From: a virus
UHGV virus genome: UHGV-0154679
Reading direction: 5' to 3' (one strand)
Length of the DNA stretch: 40,171 bases
Part shown: one piece after another, positions 1 to 8,637 of the stretch
Layout: each line of letters opens with the position of its first letter
Position numbering within the stretch: the stretch's first letter is position 1
Notes under the pieces: model-generated
The model's database searches: none
The model's input: the letters and a program-made list of their open reading frames with translations, nothing else
What the model was told of the DNA's origin: nothing
Made by a program: the position numbers and the translations under genes

Positions 1-122
1 CGCTAATTGCAAAGCCACATGTCCTGATGGCTGACAACATCATCCCGGCACCAAAGCGCCGCCATACCGGTATTGCATCGGCACGACGAGCAGCAAAGAG
101 ACGCAGGAGAGCAAAACGATGA
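1..122 (+). CDS. 3' end of an upstream ORF (partial; continues left of window)
   Basis: Frame 3 is open from the window edge to TGA at 120-122, overlapping the next ATG (ATGA junction). Confidence 0.3.
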   Translation, partial: LIAKPHVLMADNIIPAPKRRHTGIASARRAAKRRRRAKR

Positions 123-307
123 AAAACCGTAAAGCAAAGATTCTGTTAGTTCGTAGAAACGCTCCTGGCGTCTGGCAGTGGGTGAGACTCAGCAACCGAC
201 GGATGGGGTTAATGAAACATTACGGGATGATGGATTGTGGTTTTTGCAAAAAGCCCAGCGCGGCGCAAAACCGCTGGAAAAACCACTTGCGTACTAAAGG
301 AGAGTGA
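119..307 (+). CDS. Hypothetical small basic protein (62 aa)
   Basis: ATG overlaps the upstream stop; stop lies 1 nt before the next gene's ATG. Tight operon packing is the only support. Confidence 0.35.
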   Translation: MKNRKAKILLVRRNAPGVWQWVRLSNRRMGLMKHYGMMDCGFCKKPSAAQNRWKNHLRTKGE

Positions 308-308
308 T

Positions 309-518
309 ATGGCTATCGCTGCAAGTTACACCATGCATCTCTATTGTGACTGCCGTCAGTGCACGGAAGGTGTATATCCAGTGCCAGACTTCGGTGAGTA
401 TATAGGTACGTCATGGGCTGGCTGTGCAAAAGAGGCGCGCAAGGATGGCTGGCGAATAAGCAAAGACAAAACGCGTGCTTTTGCGCCCGGGCATAAAGTT
501 TTGAGGGTTAACAAATGA
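309..518 (+). CDS. Hypothetical Cys-containing small protein (69 aa)
   Basis: Strong SD AAGGAG 7 nt upstream of ATG 309; contains a CDC..QC cysteine cluster. Track ORF 237-518 trimmed to the SD-supported start. Confidence 0.45.
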   Translation: MAIAASYTMHLYCDCRQCTEGVYPVPDFGEYIGTSWAGCAKEARKDGWRISKDKTRAFAPGHKVLRVNK

Positions 519-1423
519 CCACTATAACCAAAGAGCGACTACGGACAATCAAGCAGTGGCGCGAAACATACGGACCTGGTAGCAACGTTGTACTGCCAGC
601 AGAAGAAGCGGAAGAACTGGCACGAATTGCTCTGGCATCGCTGGAGCAGAATGTACTATCGGGCAACTCTCCGCTTATTCCTGGTGAAGTGTTGTCCGCA
701 ATCCGGGAGGTTGCCAGGATTCGTGCCGATTTCGATGATTTTGACGGTGACAGGCGAGGTATCGGTGATTGTCTGGATGAGGCCGAGCAAGAGCTTATCG
801 TTACCATTAACAAATATGCCAGTCAGTTGGCAGCAGAACCGATAGCGACTAATGACGTTCGAGAGCAAACAGCCGTTCCGCCAATACAGGCTGATGTCGC
901 GCAAGCAATTGAAAATCTCAAGCAGAAGTTAGTGGAATGCAATCGCTATAACTACTGCGCAGATGCAGTGAAGAACGTAGAGGATGCCTGCCGTGCTGTT
1001 AGCTATAGCCAAGCCGACAATCAGCCAGCATCTGGCAACCAGGCTGCCGAATCCAATCGCGATAATGAGTGGACTGGCAATCCTGATATTGATAACGCCA
1101 TCATCATGCTCGACCGCATAGATACGCTGGAAAATTGCGATGATGACCGTATTGAGGCTGTTAAGGCTGTTTTGCGTAGACTGGCTGGCAACTATCCGGT
1201 AATTCCGGATGGTTGGATAAGCTGTAGTGAGCGAATGCCTGAGAACATTCCCGGAAGTTGTAAAGAGTATCTGGTGTTTGATGGGCTTAATAATAAAGTT
1301 CATCACGATTACTGGGTTGTCCCTGATGGAGACAGTGCGCCAGTTGCGTCGTTCTGGAATCATTACGGGGCACATGTAACTCACTGGATGCCTCTACCAG
1401 AACCGCCGCAGGAGGCGAAATGA
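515..1423 (+). CDS. Phage protein with DUF551-like C-terminal domain (302 aa)
   Basis: C-terminus ...VVPDGDSAPVASFWNHYGAHVTHWMPLPEPP resembles the DUF551 signature; ATGA overlap with the next ORF. Confidence 0.6.
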   Translation: MTTITKERLRTIKQWRETYGPGSNVVLPAEEAEELARIALASLEQNVLSGNSPLIPGEVLSAIREVARIRADFDDFDGDRRGIGDCLDEAEQELIVTINKYASQLAAEPIATNDVREQTAVPPIQADVAQAIENLKQKLVECNRYNYCADAVKNVEDACRAVSYSQADNQPASGNQAAESNRDNEWTGNPDIDNAIIMLDRIDTLENCDDDRIEAVKAVLRRLAGNYPVIPDGWISCSERMPENIPGSCKEYLVFDGLNNKVHHDYWVVPDGDSAPVASFWNHYGAHVTHWMPLPEPPQEAK

Positions 1424-1680
1424 TGGATGTAAAAGAGAAGGTTTTGCAGGTGATGCGTTCCCGGGCTGCCCTGCAAGATAAAGCTCTCGGCGGGAAATAT
1501 CCATTCAGGATGGCAACCTGGAATCTGCGGTTGGCAATGGAGAAGGAATTTCCTGATGAAGAATGGCGTTCGGCAGATTTGCGCAAAATTCTTATGGAGA
1601 TGGCTAAAGATGGAACAGTATCCAAAGATACCCATGCCAGCCGGATTGGTCAGGCGGTATGGAGACTGGAGGTGAGGTAA
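1420..1680 (+). CDS. Hypothetical protein (86 aa)
   Basis: SD AGGAGGCGA precedes the ATG; translationally coupled to the upstream ORF. Confidence 0.5.
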   Translation: MMDVKEKVLQVMRSRAALQDKALGGKYPFRMATWNLRLAMEKEFPDEEWRSADLRKILMEMAKDGTVSKDTHASRIGQAVWRLEVR

Positions 1681-1756
1681 TAAGCTGGCCTGAAGCATTT
1701 GCGATTGTAGGCGTAGCTATGGCGATTGCCGCTATTTTTATCTTCTGGGGGTAACG

Positions 1757-1990
1757 ATGGGAAAATTAACTTTTGTAGTCGAATTTGAGGATGGCAAAGA
1801 GCCACCTGTTAGCGCCAATCTTGATGTTGCTGGTGGCAGGCTGGTTTCGGTTCTATTTGGTGATTACCGCGACGACTTCTTTCAGCCTGAAGAAGTTGAT
1901 GTAGTGCGAGAAGCATTAAACGAGCTAAGTGTTGATAACGATGATGCTCATGCGGAAATCATCAAAAAAATGGAACTGCTAACTCACTAA
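1757..1990 (+). CDS. Hypothetical acidic protein (77 aa)
   Basis: ORF with a GGGGG SD-like run before the ATG. Confidence 0.45.
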   Translation: MGKLTFVVEFEDGKEPPVSANLDVAGGRLVSVLFGDYRDDFFQPEEVDVVREALNELSVDNDDAHAEIIKKMELLTH

Positions 1991-2038
1991 ATTATCAATT
2001 ATGGTGCTATCACCTACGACACCGAGAGAAAATTTATA

Positions 2039-2167
2039 ATGTCAAAAGTAAATGTTTTGATTTTTTCAGCAATTGTTGGCTTTGGTTTTACTGCCGGAGT
2101 GCAGATTTATATTACGTGGGAAAAAATCATCAACTACGCATGGAGTTGTTTTATTAAGTGAGGTAAG
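2039..2167 (+). CDS. Possible small membrane peptide (42 aa)
   Basis: ATG 2039 gives MSKVNVLIFSAIVGFGFTAGVQIYITWEKIINYAWSCFIK; one hydrophobic helix; stop immediately precedes the next gene's SD/ATG. Below the track's size cut-off. Confidence 0.25.
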
Positions 2168-2168
2168 T

Positions 2169-2462
2169 ATGTGGAGAGGTAATAATCATGGCAAAAGCCA
2201 GATGATACTTACCGAATATAAGCTAGACCACAAAACCAATAAATCACGCTCAGTATATTTGCTCCGGCACAATAGCCGCGTAAGAAATACCGTGCTGGAA
2301 CAAAATCTGACAGTTGAAATGGATAATTGCGGGGGATTCAAGCCAACAATTTCGCTTGATGATTTTCCTCGTGGTTTAAGCGAAAGAGAAGCAATGCTGA
2401 AATTAGCAGAATGGCTACAAAGATTAAGCATTGCTATTGAAGATAACTGGTCTGAACCTTAA
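2169..2462 (+). CDS. Hypothetical protein (97 aa)
   Basis: SD GAGGTAAG before ATG 2169 (internal Met of track ORF 2073-2462). Confidence 0.4.
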   Translation: MWRGNNHGKSQMILTEYKLDHKTNKSRSVYLLRHNSRVRNTVLEQNLTVEMDNCGGFKPTISLDDFPRGLSEREAMLKLAEWLQRLSIAIEDNWSEP

Positions 2463-2468
2463 ATTTAT

Positions 2469-2843
2469 ATGATGACACTAAAACATTTTCTTGACCGCCC
2501 ATTATGGGCGGCAGCCGCAGGCTATGACTTTAATTATATGGATTGCATGTCTTGTACTGCCAATGCATACGACCATTCGTTCATCCTGCTGTTTAATTCT
2601 TTAAGAATATTGCCGGAAACAGAAGTTGGAGAGCTTCATTTATGGCTATTGGGCTTTATCGCGGCTGTCGTTGGTATTGCTGTATGGCCTTTTATTTTCT
2701 GGCTGGTGGCTGTTGTAGTGTGGTTTAAGTGCAAGACATACCGGAAAAAGTATTTCTTAGGTGATGGAATGACTGATATTGCCAAAATGAACATTGAAGA
2801 ATGGACTAAGGAATGTGAAAAGAAATGGCGCAAAAAGAAATGA
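2469..2843 (+). CDS. Hypothetical membrane protein (124 aa)
   Basis: Hydrophobic core LWLLGFIAAVVGIAVWPFIFWLVAVVVWF. Confidence 0.4.
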   Translation: MMTLKHFLDRPLWAAAAGYDFNYMDCMSCTANAYDHSFILLFNSLRILPETEVGELHLWLLGFIAAVVGIAVWPFIFWLVAVVVWFKCKTYRKKYFLGDGMTDIAKMNIEEWTKECEKKWRKKK

Positions 2844-3469
2844 CCAGAATCACTGAAGAGCGCATATCAGAGATTATTTCCCGTATCGAAATGTATGGTC
2901 ACGGTGCTGGATATACGGCAGATGAAGTATTGGAAATAGCCCAGCAGATGCTGGCCTTGAGACAAAAAGAGCAACATGAAAGTAATACGTGTAGATTGAA
3001 TTTTGAGCATTGGCTGGAACAGCAACGCGGAAAAATCGATGTGGACTGTGGTTGTGTGTCCACTGAAACATTCATGCACTGGCTGTGGGTAGCTTACGAG
3101 GCTGGCAACTATCCGGATATTCCGGATAGTTCGGTGCCAGCACCAGGAAAGGGCGTCACCGGTGAACGTATCCGAATTAAGCCGCATGTTTATCGCGAAC
3201 TGGTTAACCGTCTCCACGATACAGCGATCAAGTGTGCTGGCACCCAGCAATTACGAGAAAGAATTAGCCGTGTTTTGGGCGACGTTATTACACCAGATCA
3301 TCATAAACAAGCCGAGAAAAGTGGCCTGGAAAGGTGTCACCTTGAGGCGGCATTAAACATTAAGCCGGGGCATACGCTTGGCATTATTGATGCACTATTG
3401 GTTCATAAGATGGCCAGGGCTTTATTGCCGCTGGTGGATGCTGGCGATACAAGCGAGGGTGAAGTATGA
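2825..3469 (+). CDS. Hypothetical protein (214 aa)
   Basis: Long ORF in the same-strand gene array; start uncertain (ATG 2825 or 2840). Confidence 0.5.
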   Translation: MAQKEMTRITEERISEIISRIEMYGHGAGYTADEVLEIAQQMLALRQKEQHESNTCRLNFEHWLEQQRGKIDVDCGCVSTETFMHWLWVAYEAGNYPDIPDSSVPAPGKGVTGERIRIKPHVYRELVNRLHDTAIKCAGTQQLRERISRVLGDVITPDHHKQAEKSGLERCHLEAALNIKPGHTLGIIDALLVHKMARALLPLVDAGDTSEGEV

Positions 3470-3828
3470 GAGTTGCAGATCACATCAAACACCTTGAAAG
3501 AATTATCGAAAACGGTGAACTCTTAAGAGATCAGATGAGACGCACGGCAGAAGTCAGAGAGGCGATAATCCGCAGTCAGGCTGGTAAATTAAAGCAATTA
3601 TCAGAGATTAACGCGCTATACAAGAACAGACGTAACCGGGCGGCGCTGCGGCTTCAGAAAGCACGTAATGAAATTAAAGTGGTGGAGGCAAAACTGAAAA
3701 AACAGATTCAGCGTTACGATCAGCAAGATGCTTTTTATGCCGCCATCAAGGCGGCTGCTAATGAAATAGGCATCTGGAAGTTGCTGGTGGAGAAAGCAAA
3801 GACGAAGTTAAATGCCAACGAAAGCTGA
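3466..3828 (+). CDS. Hypothetical coiled-coil protein (120 aa)
   Basis: ATGA overlap with the upstream ORF; SD GAGGGTGAAG; charged helical sequence. Confidence 0.5.
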   Translation: MRVADHIKHLERIIENGELLRDQMRRTAEVREAIIRSQAGKLKQLSEINALYKNRRNRAALRLQKARNEIKVVEAKLKKQIQRYDQQDAFYAAIKAAANEIGIWKLLVEKAKTKLNANES

Positions 3829-3902
3829 ACTACAGGTACCCACCAGCACATACAGAAAATGATTGTTTCCACATCAAGGAGATTTTAATGTTTCACTGAA
3901 CA

Positions 3903-4040
3903 TTAAGTAAGCCAGTGCATAATTCCATTTTTTACTGACCTTAAAAGCAAAATCAAAACGATGATGAGGATGATCGCCAGAATCTGGCTAATAACAGGCG
4001 CATCTAAAAATGCACTCAGGAACTGAAAAAAAGCAGTCAT
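3903..4040 (-). CDS. Candidate small hydrophobic peptide (45 aa)
   Basis: Minus-strand ATG at 4040 with AAGGA about 10 nt upstream; translation MTAFFQFLSAFLDAPVISQILAIILIIVLILLLRSVKNGIMHWLT, a single predicted TM helix. Confidence 0.25.
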   Translation of the reverse strand: MTAFFQFLSAFLDAPVISQILAIILIIVLILLLRSVKNGIMHWLT

Positions 4041-4449
4041 TAAGGTGGTTCCTTGTCAAATGTAAAGGAGCACTTGCTCACGTTGACGTAGAAACCCAAC
4101 CCCTATATAGTTGGATTCGGTGAAAGAAAGTCGTTAACGTGAGCTTACGGCACATGTTTTCGGAACAACATCAGGGAACGGCTAATTCCTTGATGCGGAT
4201 GGGGTCTGTAATGCAGACCCTATCTATTAACGTCATGATTGCATCTCAAATTTTCTCCTTATCTTCATTAATCAAAATTCATTTCATTTGTGAAACATCA
4301 CAATATTTAGAAAATGGCCCTCTTGCAAGTGCATAACTTTGTGGATAAATCAGGAAGAAAAAAGTTGATTCTGCGCACGGCAAGGCAGATAAGCTGTGCA
4401 CAAAAATCAATGGGAAAAGAAAAAAAATTAAAAGTTACTTTGCTGGTTA

Positions 4450-4457
4450 AATAATAG
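4450..4457. repeat. IS26 target-site duplication, left copy (AATAATAG)
   Basis: Identical 8-mer at 5278-5285 directly abutting the other IS end. Confidence 0.9.
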
Positions 4458-5277
4458 GGCACTGTTGCAAATAGTCGGTGGTGATAAACTTATCATCCCC
4501 TTTTGCTGATGGAGCTGCACATGAACCCATTCAAAGGCCGGCATTTTCAGCGTGACATCATTCTGTGGGCCGTACGCTGGTACTGCAAATACGGCATCAG
4601 TTACCGTGAGCTGCAGGAGATGCTGGCTGAACGCGGAGTGAATGTCGATCACTCCACGATTTACCGCTGGGTTCAGCGTTATGCGCCTGAAATGGAAAAA
4701 CGGCTGCGCTGGTACTGGCGTAACCCTTCCGATCTTTGCCCGTGGCACATGGATGAAACCTACGTGAAGGTCAATGGCCGCTGGGCGTATCTGTACCGGG
4801 CCGTCGACAGCCGGGGCCGCACTGTCGATTTTTATCTCTCCTCCCGTCGTAACAGCAAAGCTGCATACCGGTTTCTGGGTAAAATCCTCAACAACGTGAA
4901 GAAGTGGCAGATCCCGCGATTCATCAACACGGATAAAGCGCCCGCCTATGGTCGCGCGCTTGCTCTGCTCAAACGCGAAGGCCGGTGCCCGTCTGACGTT
5001 GAACACCGACAGATTAAGTACCGGAACAACGTGATTGAATGCGATCATGGCAAACTGAAACGGATAATCAACGCCACGCTGGGATTTAAATCCATGAAGA
5101 CGGCTTACGCCACCATCAAAGGTATTGAGGTGATGCGTGCACTACGCAAAGGCCAGGCCTCAGCATTTTATTATGGTGATCCCCTGGGCGAAATGCGCCT
5201 GGTAAGCAGAGTTTTTGAAATGTAAGGCCTTTGAATAAGACAAAAGGCTGCCTCATCGCTAACTTTGCAACAGTGCC
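4458..5277 (+). mobile_element. IS26: IS26 (IS6 family), complete 820-bp copy
   Basis: 14-bp terminal inverted repeats GGCACTGTTGCAAA (4458-4471) and TTTGCAACAGTGCC (5264-5277); internal ORF is the IS26 transposase; flanked by 8-bp direct repeat AATAATAG. Confidence 0.95.
4521..5225 (+). CDS. tnp26: IS26 transposase Tnp26 (234 aa)
   Basis: Protein begins [60 protein letters not shown], recognised as IS26/IS6-family DDE transposase. Track ORF 4503 trimmed to ATG 4521. Confidence 0.95.
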   Translation: MNPFKGRHFQRDIILWAVRWYCKYGISYRELQEMLAERGVNVDHSTIYRWVQRYAPEMEKRLRWYWRNPSDLCPWHMDETYVKVNGRWAYLYRAVDSRGRTVDFYLSSRRNSKAAYRFLGKILNNVKKWQIPRFINTDKAPAYGRALALLKREGRCPSDVEHRQIKYRNNVIECDHGKLKRIINATLGFKSMKTAYATIKGIEVMRALRKGQASAFYYGDPLGEMRLVSRVFEM

Positions 5278-5285
5278 AATAATAG
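5278..5285. repeat. IS26 target-site duplication, right copy (AATAATAG)
   Basis: Identical 8-mer at 4450-4457. Confidence 0.9.
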
Positions 5286-5317
5286 TCGTTACGCAATTGT
5301 TCTGGATGGGATTTGAT

Positions 5318-5569
5318 ATGCACGATTGGAATATTGCAGCTAAAAGTCAGGAAGAACGGGATAAGGTTAACGTTGATCTGGCTGCCAGCGGTGTGGCGTA
5401 CAAAGAGCGATTGAACATACCTGTCATAGCTGAACAGGTAGCCCGCGAGCAACCAGAGAATCTGCGCACCTATTTCATGGAACGGTTACGGCACTATCGG
5501 CAGTTAAGCCTCCAGTTGCCAAAAGGGAGCGATCCGGTGTATCAGAACGAGGATGCACCAAAAAAATAA
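5318..5569 (+). CDS. hot: Hot, homologue of DNA polymerase III theta subunit (83 aa)
   Basis: [36 protein letters not shown] resembles E. coli HolE; SD GGATGGG before ATG 5318 (internal Met of track ORF 5231). Confidence 0.85.
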   Translation: MHDWNIAAKSQEERDKVNVDLAASGVAYKERLNIPVIAEQVAREQPENLRTYFMERLRHYRQLSLQLPKGSDPVYQNEDAPKK

Positions 5570-5654
5570 CGGCAAGATGGGGGAGAAATGTGATTAGCCC
5601 CCAGCGTGGCGCGCCTACAAACCCCGCTTTCACAAACTATGCCTTTTCAATGTA

Positions 5655-5674
5655 TACTGTATGAATAAACAGTA
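5655..5674 (+). promoter_or_regulatory. LexA (SOS) box TACTGTATGAATAAACAGTA upstream of humD
   Basis: Matches CTGT-N8-ACAG exactly; lies 19 nt upstream of the humD ATG. Confidence 0.8.
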
Positions 5675-5692
5675 TCATTGAGGTAAAACGCT

Positions 5693-6082
5693 ATGGGCTT
5701 CCCTTCTCCTGCGGCGGATTATGTTGAAAGCCGAATTTCTCTTGATCAGCAGATAATTAGACATCCTTCAGCGACCTACTTCATGCGGGCAGCTGATAGC
5801 CATCACCGTGAGGGAATATTGCAGGGTGCTTTGCTGGTGGTTGATTCCTCGCTTACTCCGGTTGATGGTTCTCTGCTTGTGTGCGCTATGGAGGGTGAAT
5901 ATCGCATAAAGAGATACAGGAAGTATCCGCGCCAGCACCTGGAGGACTTAAGCACCGGGAAGAAAGAGGCGTTACCAGTAGATGACGATGGATACACGGG
6001 CAGTAATGCTGTTTTTGGTGTGATCACTCATGTCATCAATGATGCCCGAAGTGGGGAATTTGATGATTGTCCGGTTATTTAA
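5693..6082 (+). CDS. humD: HumD, UmuD-like SOS mutagenesis protein (129 aa)
   Basis: UmuD/LexA-type peptidase fold sequence; preceded by a LexA box; same position as P1 humD before phd-doc. Confidence 0.85.
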   Translation: MGFPSPAADYVESRISLDQQIIRHPSATYFMRAADSHHREGILQGALLVVDSSLTPVDGSLLVCAMEGEYRIKRYRKYPRQHLEDLSTGKKEALPVDDDGYTGSNAVFGVITHVINDARSGEFDDCPVI

Positions 6083-6117
6083 GCTGCAAAGTGCTGGTGC
6101 TTTATGCCTGTGAAGTT

Positions 6118-6145
6118 TATAATTGTGTACGCATAACGAGTACAC
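6118..6145 (+). promoter_or_regulatory. phd-doc promoter/operator: TATAAT plus GTGTAC...GTACAC inverted repeat
   Basis: TATAAT at 6118-6123 followed by inverted repeat arms at 6125-6130 and 6140-6145, just upstream of the phd ATG. Confidence 0.5.
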
Positions 6146-6154
6146 GAGGTGTTT

Positions 6155-6376
6155 ATGCAATCCATTAACTTCCGTACCGCGCGTGGCAACCTTTCTGAAG
6201 TGCTCAACAATGTTGAAGCCGGGGAAGAGGTTGAAATCACCCGCAGAGGCCGTGAGCCAGCAGTAATTGTCAGCAAGGCTACTTTCGAAGCCTACAAAAA
6301 AGCGGCGCTGGATGCTGAATTTGCATCCCTGTTTGACACCCTGGACTCCACCAACAAGGAACTGGTTAACCGATAA
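6155..6376 (+). CDS. phd: Phd antitoxin (73 aa)
   Basis: [73 protein letters not shown], recognised as P1 Phd; TAATG overlap with doc. Confidence 0.92.
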
Positions 6377-6756
6377 TGAGGCATATATCACCGGAAGAAC
6401 TTATTGCGCTTCATGATGCGAATATAAGCCGCTACGGCGGCCTGCCGGGAATGTCTGATCCGGGTAGGGCAGAGGCCATTATCGGGAGAGTTCAGGCCAG
6501 AGTTGCCTACGAAGAGATCACCGACCTTTTCGAAGTCTCCGCCACCTACCTGGTGGCTACAGCGAGAGGGCATATATTCAATGATGCCAATAAGCGTACC
6601 GCGCTAAACAGCGCGCTGCTATTTCTACGCCGTAACGGGGTGCAGGTATTTGATTCACCTGAACTGGCAGACCTTACTGTAGGCGCTGCGACTGGCGAGA
6701 TATCTGTATCTTCTGTCGCCGACACGTTACGTAGATTGTATGGTTCTGCGGAGTAG
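6376..6756 (+). CDS. doc: Doc toxin (Fic-fold kinase, 126 aa)
   Basis: 126-aa protein translationally coupled to phd; recognised as P1 Doc. Confidence 0.92.
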
Positions 6757-6760
6757 ATTA

Positions 6761-6940
6761 ATGGCACGCAAATACAACAAATTGTCCCGTGAAGCGTTAA
6801 AGATGCTTCTTGATGGCGTGAGTCGCCGCAAGGTAAAGCAATACCTGGTTGGTAAGCAAATTGGAGTCAGGACCGCTATTGCTGTGTTATGCCGTCAGGA
6901 AATGGTTGTGCTTAAACAGAGAATGCCGGGCAGCAGATAA
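6761..6940 (+). CDS. Small basic protein downstream of doc (59 aa; pdcA position)
   Basis: ATG 6761 with GGAG 8 nt upstream; name by synteny only. Confidence 0.45.
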   Translation: MARKYNKLSREALKMLLDGVSRRKVKQYLVGKQIGVRTAIAVLCRQEMVVLKQRMPGSR

Positions 6941-6967
6941 AGCCCAATCAGTGATTAAAGGTGTGAT

Positions 6968-8011
6968 GTGAAAGCCATAATTACTCCCTTTGTACAGAAA
7001 GAGCTTGGCCTCGCCACGTTCAAAGTGGATCAGGAGGTCAGAAAGCTGGTGGAGGCTGGCCGTAAATTTATTATGGAGCCGGTGCCGCGTGAGTTAATCG
7101 AGCACATGGAAGACGGCCTCGTTGTTACCGAGCAAACCATGGCAACAAATGAGGCGTTGCAGCCGTTTTTTAACAGCGATGAACTGTTTCGCCGTATTGG
7201 TGGAATTGACGCGCTGGTGGCGTGGTTGCGTAGGAAAGAGGGTCAATGCCAGGCCGCAGATCGTAGTTGGTGTGACAACCATATTGTCCACGCTGAACGA
7301 GACAATAGCGCGGTGTTGTTGTGCTGGCATCACGATAACCATTACCGGATGCGTGGTTTTAATGAGCTGAAAGAAACGCTGCACAATAATCGCGTTAACT
7401 GGATACTGGATGTCGCCCGTCAGGAAATGGGCCTTTCAAATAGCCATGATTTAAGTATTCAGGAGCTGTGCTGGTGGGCTTTCATGCGCAACATGATGCA
7501 CCTGATGCCGGAAGAAGTCTGCCGCATATCAATAAATAAGATGAAGGCTACTCCGCAGGATAGCGGACCTCTGAAAGAGGCGGATATTCGCCCGTATGAC
7601 GATCGCGCTACAGCATATGTTCAGATGATGGAAGAACGCGCCGCGCCGATGCGTGCAAAAGTATGCCCTGTGGATGTTGACTCCGACCCTGGCATGGCGC
7701 ATTTCAAAATACCAAAACTGCGATCGCTAAAATTACCTGAGTACATGGACTTTGTTGCTTCCCGTCCATGCTGTGGGTGTGGAGCTGCGGGAGCTGGCGC
7801 TCACATTACGCCTTATATCGTTCGTCATAGTCGATTATGCGCGCATGACATTTACGCAATTCCTCTGTGCCAGTCATGCCAGCGTGATATTGAGCGTGAC
7901 CGCGATAATTGGGAGAAGACGCACGGTAGGCTGGCGATGCATCAACGATTGTTCTTTGATTACGCGCTTGGAGTCGGCGCTATCACAAGTCACTCGTCGA
8001 GCGGTAGATAA
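6968..8011 (+). CDS. Cys-rich protein downstream of doc (347 aa; pdcB position)
   Basis: GTG start with AAAGGTG SD; C-terminal CCGCG and CQSCQ cysteine clusters; name by synteny only. Confidence 0.5.
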   Translation: MKAIITPFVQKELGLATFKVDQEVRKLVEAGRKFIMEPVPRELIEHMEDGLVVTEQTMATNEALQPFFNSDELFRRIGGIDALVAWLRRKEGQCQAADRSWCDNHIVHAERDNSAVLLCWHHDNHYRMRGFNELKETLHNNRVNWILDVARQEMGLSNSHDLSIQELCWWAFMRNMMHLMPEEVCRISINKMKATPQDSGPLKEADIRPYDDRATAYVQMMEERAAPMRAKVCPVDVDSDPGMAHFKIPKLRSLKLPEYMDFVASRPCCGCGAAGAGAHITPYIVRHSRLCAHDIYAIPLCQSCQRDIERDRDNWEKTHGRLAMHQRLFFDYALGVGAITSHSSSGR

Positions 8012-8012
8012 A

Positions 8013-8029
8013 ATTGCTCTAATGTATTG
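8013..8029 (+). promoter_or_regulatory. C1 operator-like 17-mer ATTGCTCTAATGTATTG upstream of lpa
   Basis: Close match to the asymmetric P1 C1 operator consensus ATTGCTCTAATAAATTT as I recall it; a weaker overlapping copy at 8026-8042. Confidence 0.6.
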
Positions 8030-8099
8030 CTATTTCTTTAATCGAGGGTATTATATTCCACGTTGATTAGTTGACATGGGCTAATCAGTAGGTGACAGG

Positions 8100-8552
8100 A
8101 TGTTACTTAACTGGCAGGGACGCCACTTCATGGAAATAAATCACTCACGAATAACATCGTACGAGATTGCGGATTACATGATCCGCACTAAATCTCTTCT
8201 ATCAGCGAAAGAACTCGCAGCAATTCTTGAAAAGGAATACCCGCATCTGGATGTCGATAAGCGAGACGTTTATCTGCGCTTAAAGGCTATCGCTGTGTCT
8301 AAGTATTCGTCTGTTTTGATTGATGACAGTACACGCCCACGTAGATTTCAGATCCACTCTCTGAATCCTGAATTCTTTCGCCGCAGCCGCGCGCCGCGCC
8401 GGTTTGATGAAAAACTCCAGAACGACCTCTATATGACGCAGGACGAAAAGGAACGCCGGGAACACCAGCCTTGGGTAATGGCGCGTCAACTTTTCAATAA
8501 GGTAGCCCGTCAGCACCGTCATTACGGTAATGCCACATCCGCACGTATCTGA
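8100..8552 (+). CDS. lpa: Lpa, late promoter activator (150 aa)
   Basis: 150-aa basic protein immediately upstream of pacA and downstream of a C1 operator, as in P1. Confidence 0.75.
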   Translation: MLLNWQGRHFMEINHSRITSYEIADYMIRTKSLLSAKELAAILEKEYPHLDVDKRDVYLRLKAIAVSKYSSVLIDDSTRPRRFQIHSLNPEFFRRSRAPRRFDEKLQNDLYMTQDEKERREHQPWVMARQLFNKVARQHRHYGNATSARI

Positions 8553-8637
8553 TTGATTGCTTGCCCGTTCCGGGCCTTTTGACATGTGACTTTCGTTACC
8601 CTCGCGTCAAAAAGAGTTTTTACGAAAGGAAGCATAA

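Noticed and set aside
4139-4336. Track ORF of 65 aa left of IS26.
   Set aside because: No SD, low-complexity AT-rich sequence, and unconvincing as protein.
4342-4350. Perfect DnaA-box 9-mer TGTGGATAA near the IS26 insertion site.
   Set aside because: A single box with no cluster, AT-rich unwinding element or iterons; not enough to call an origin.
3829-4457. Possible tRNA genes (P1 is known to carry a few tRNAs).
   Set aside because: I found no GTTCRA-type T-loop or cloverleaf-compatible stems by eye anywhere in the spacer or the window; would need tRNAscan-SE to be sure.
5231-5569. Longer form of hot (112 aa) starting at 5231.
   Set aside because: The start would lie inside the IS26 terminal repeat; similarity to theta begins at the Met at 5318, which has its own SD.
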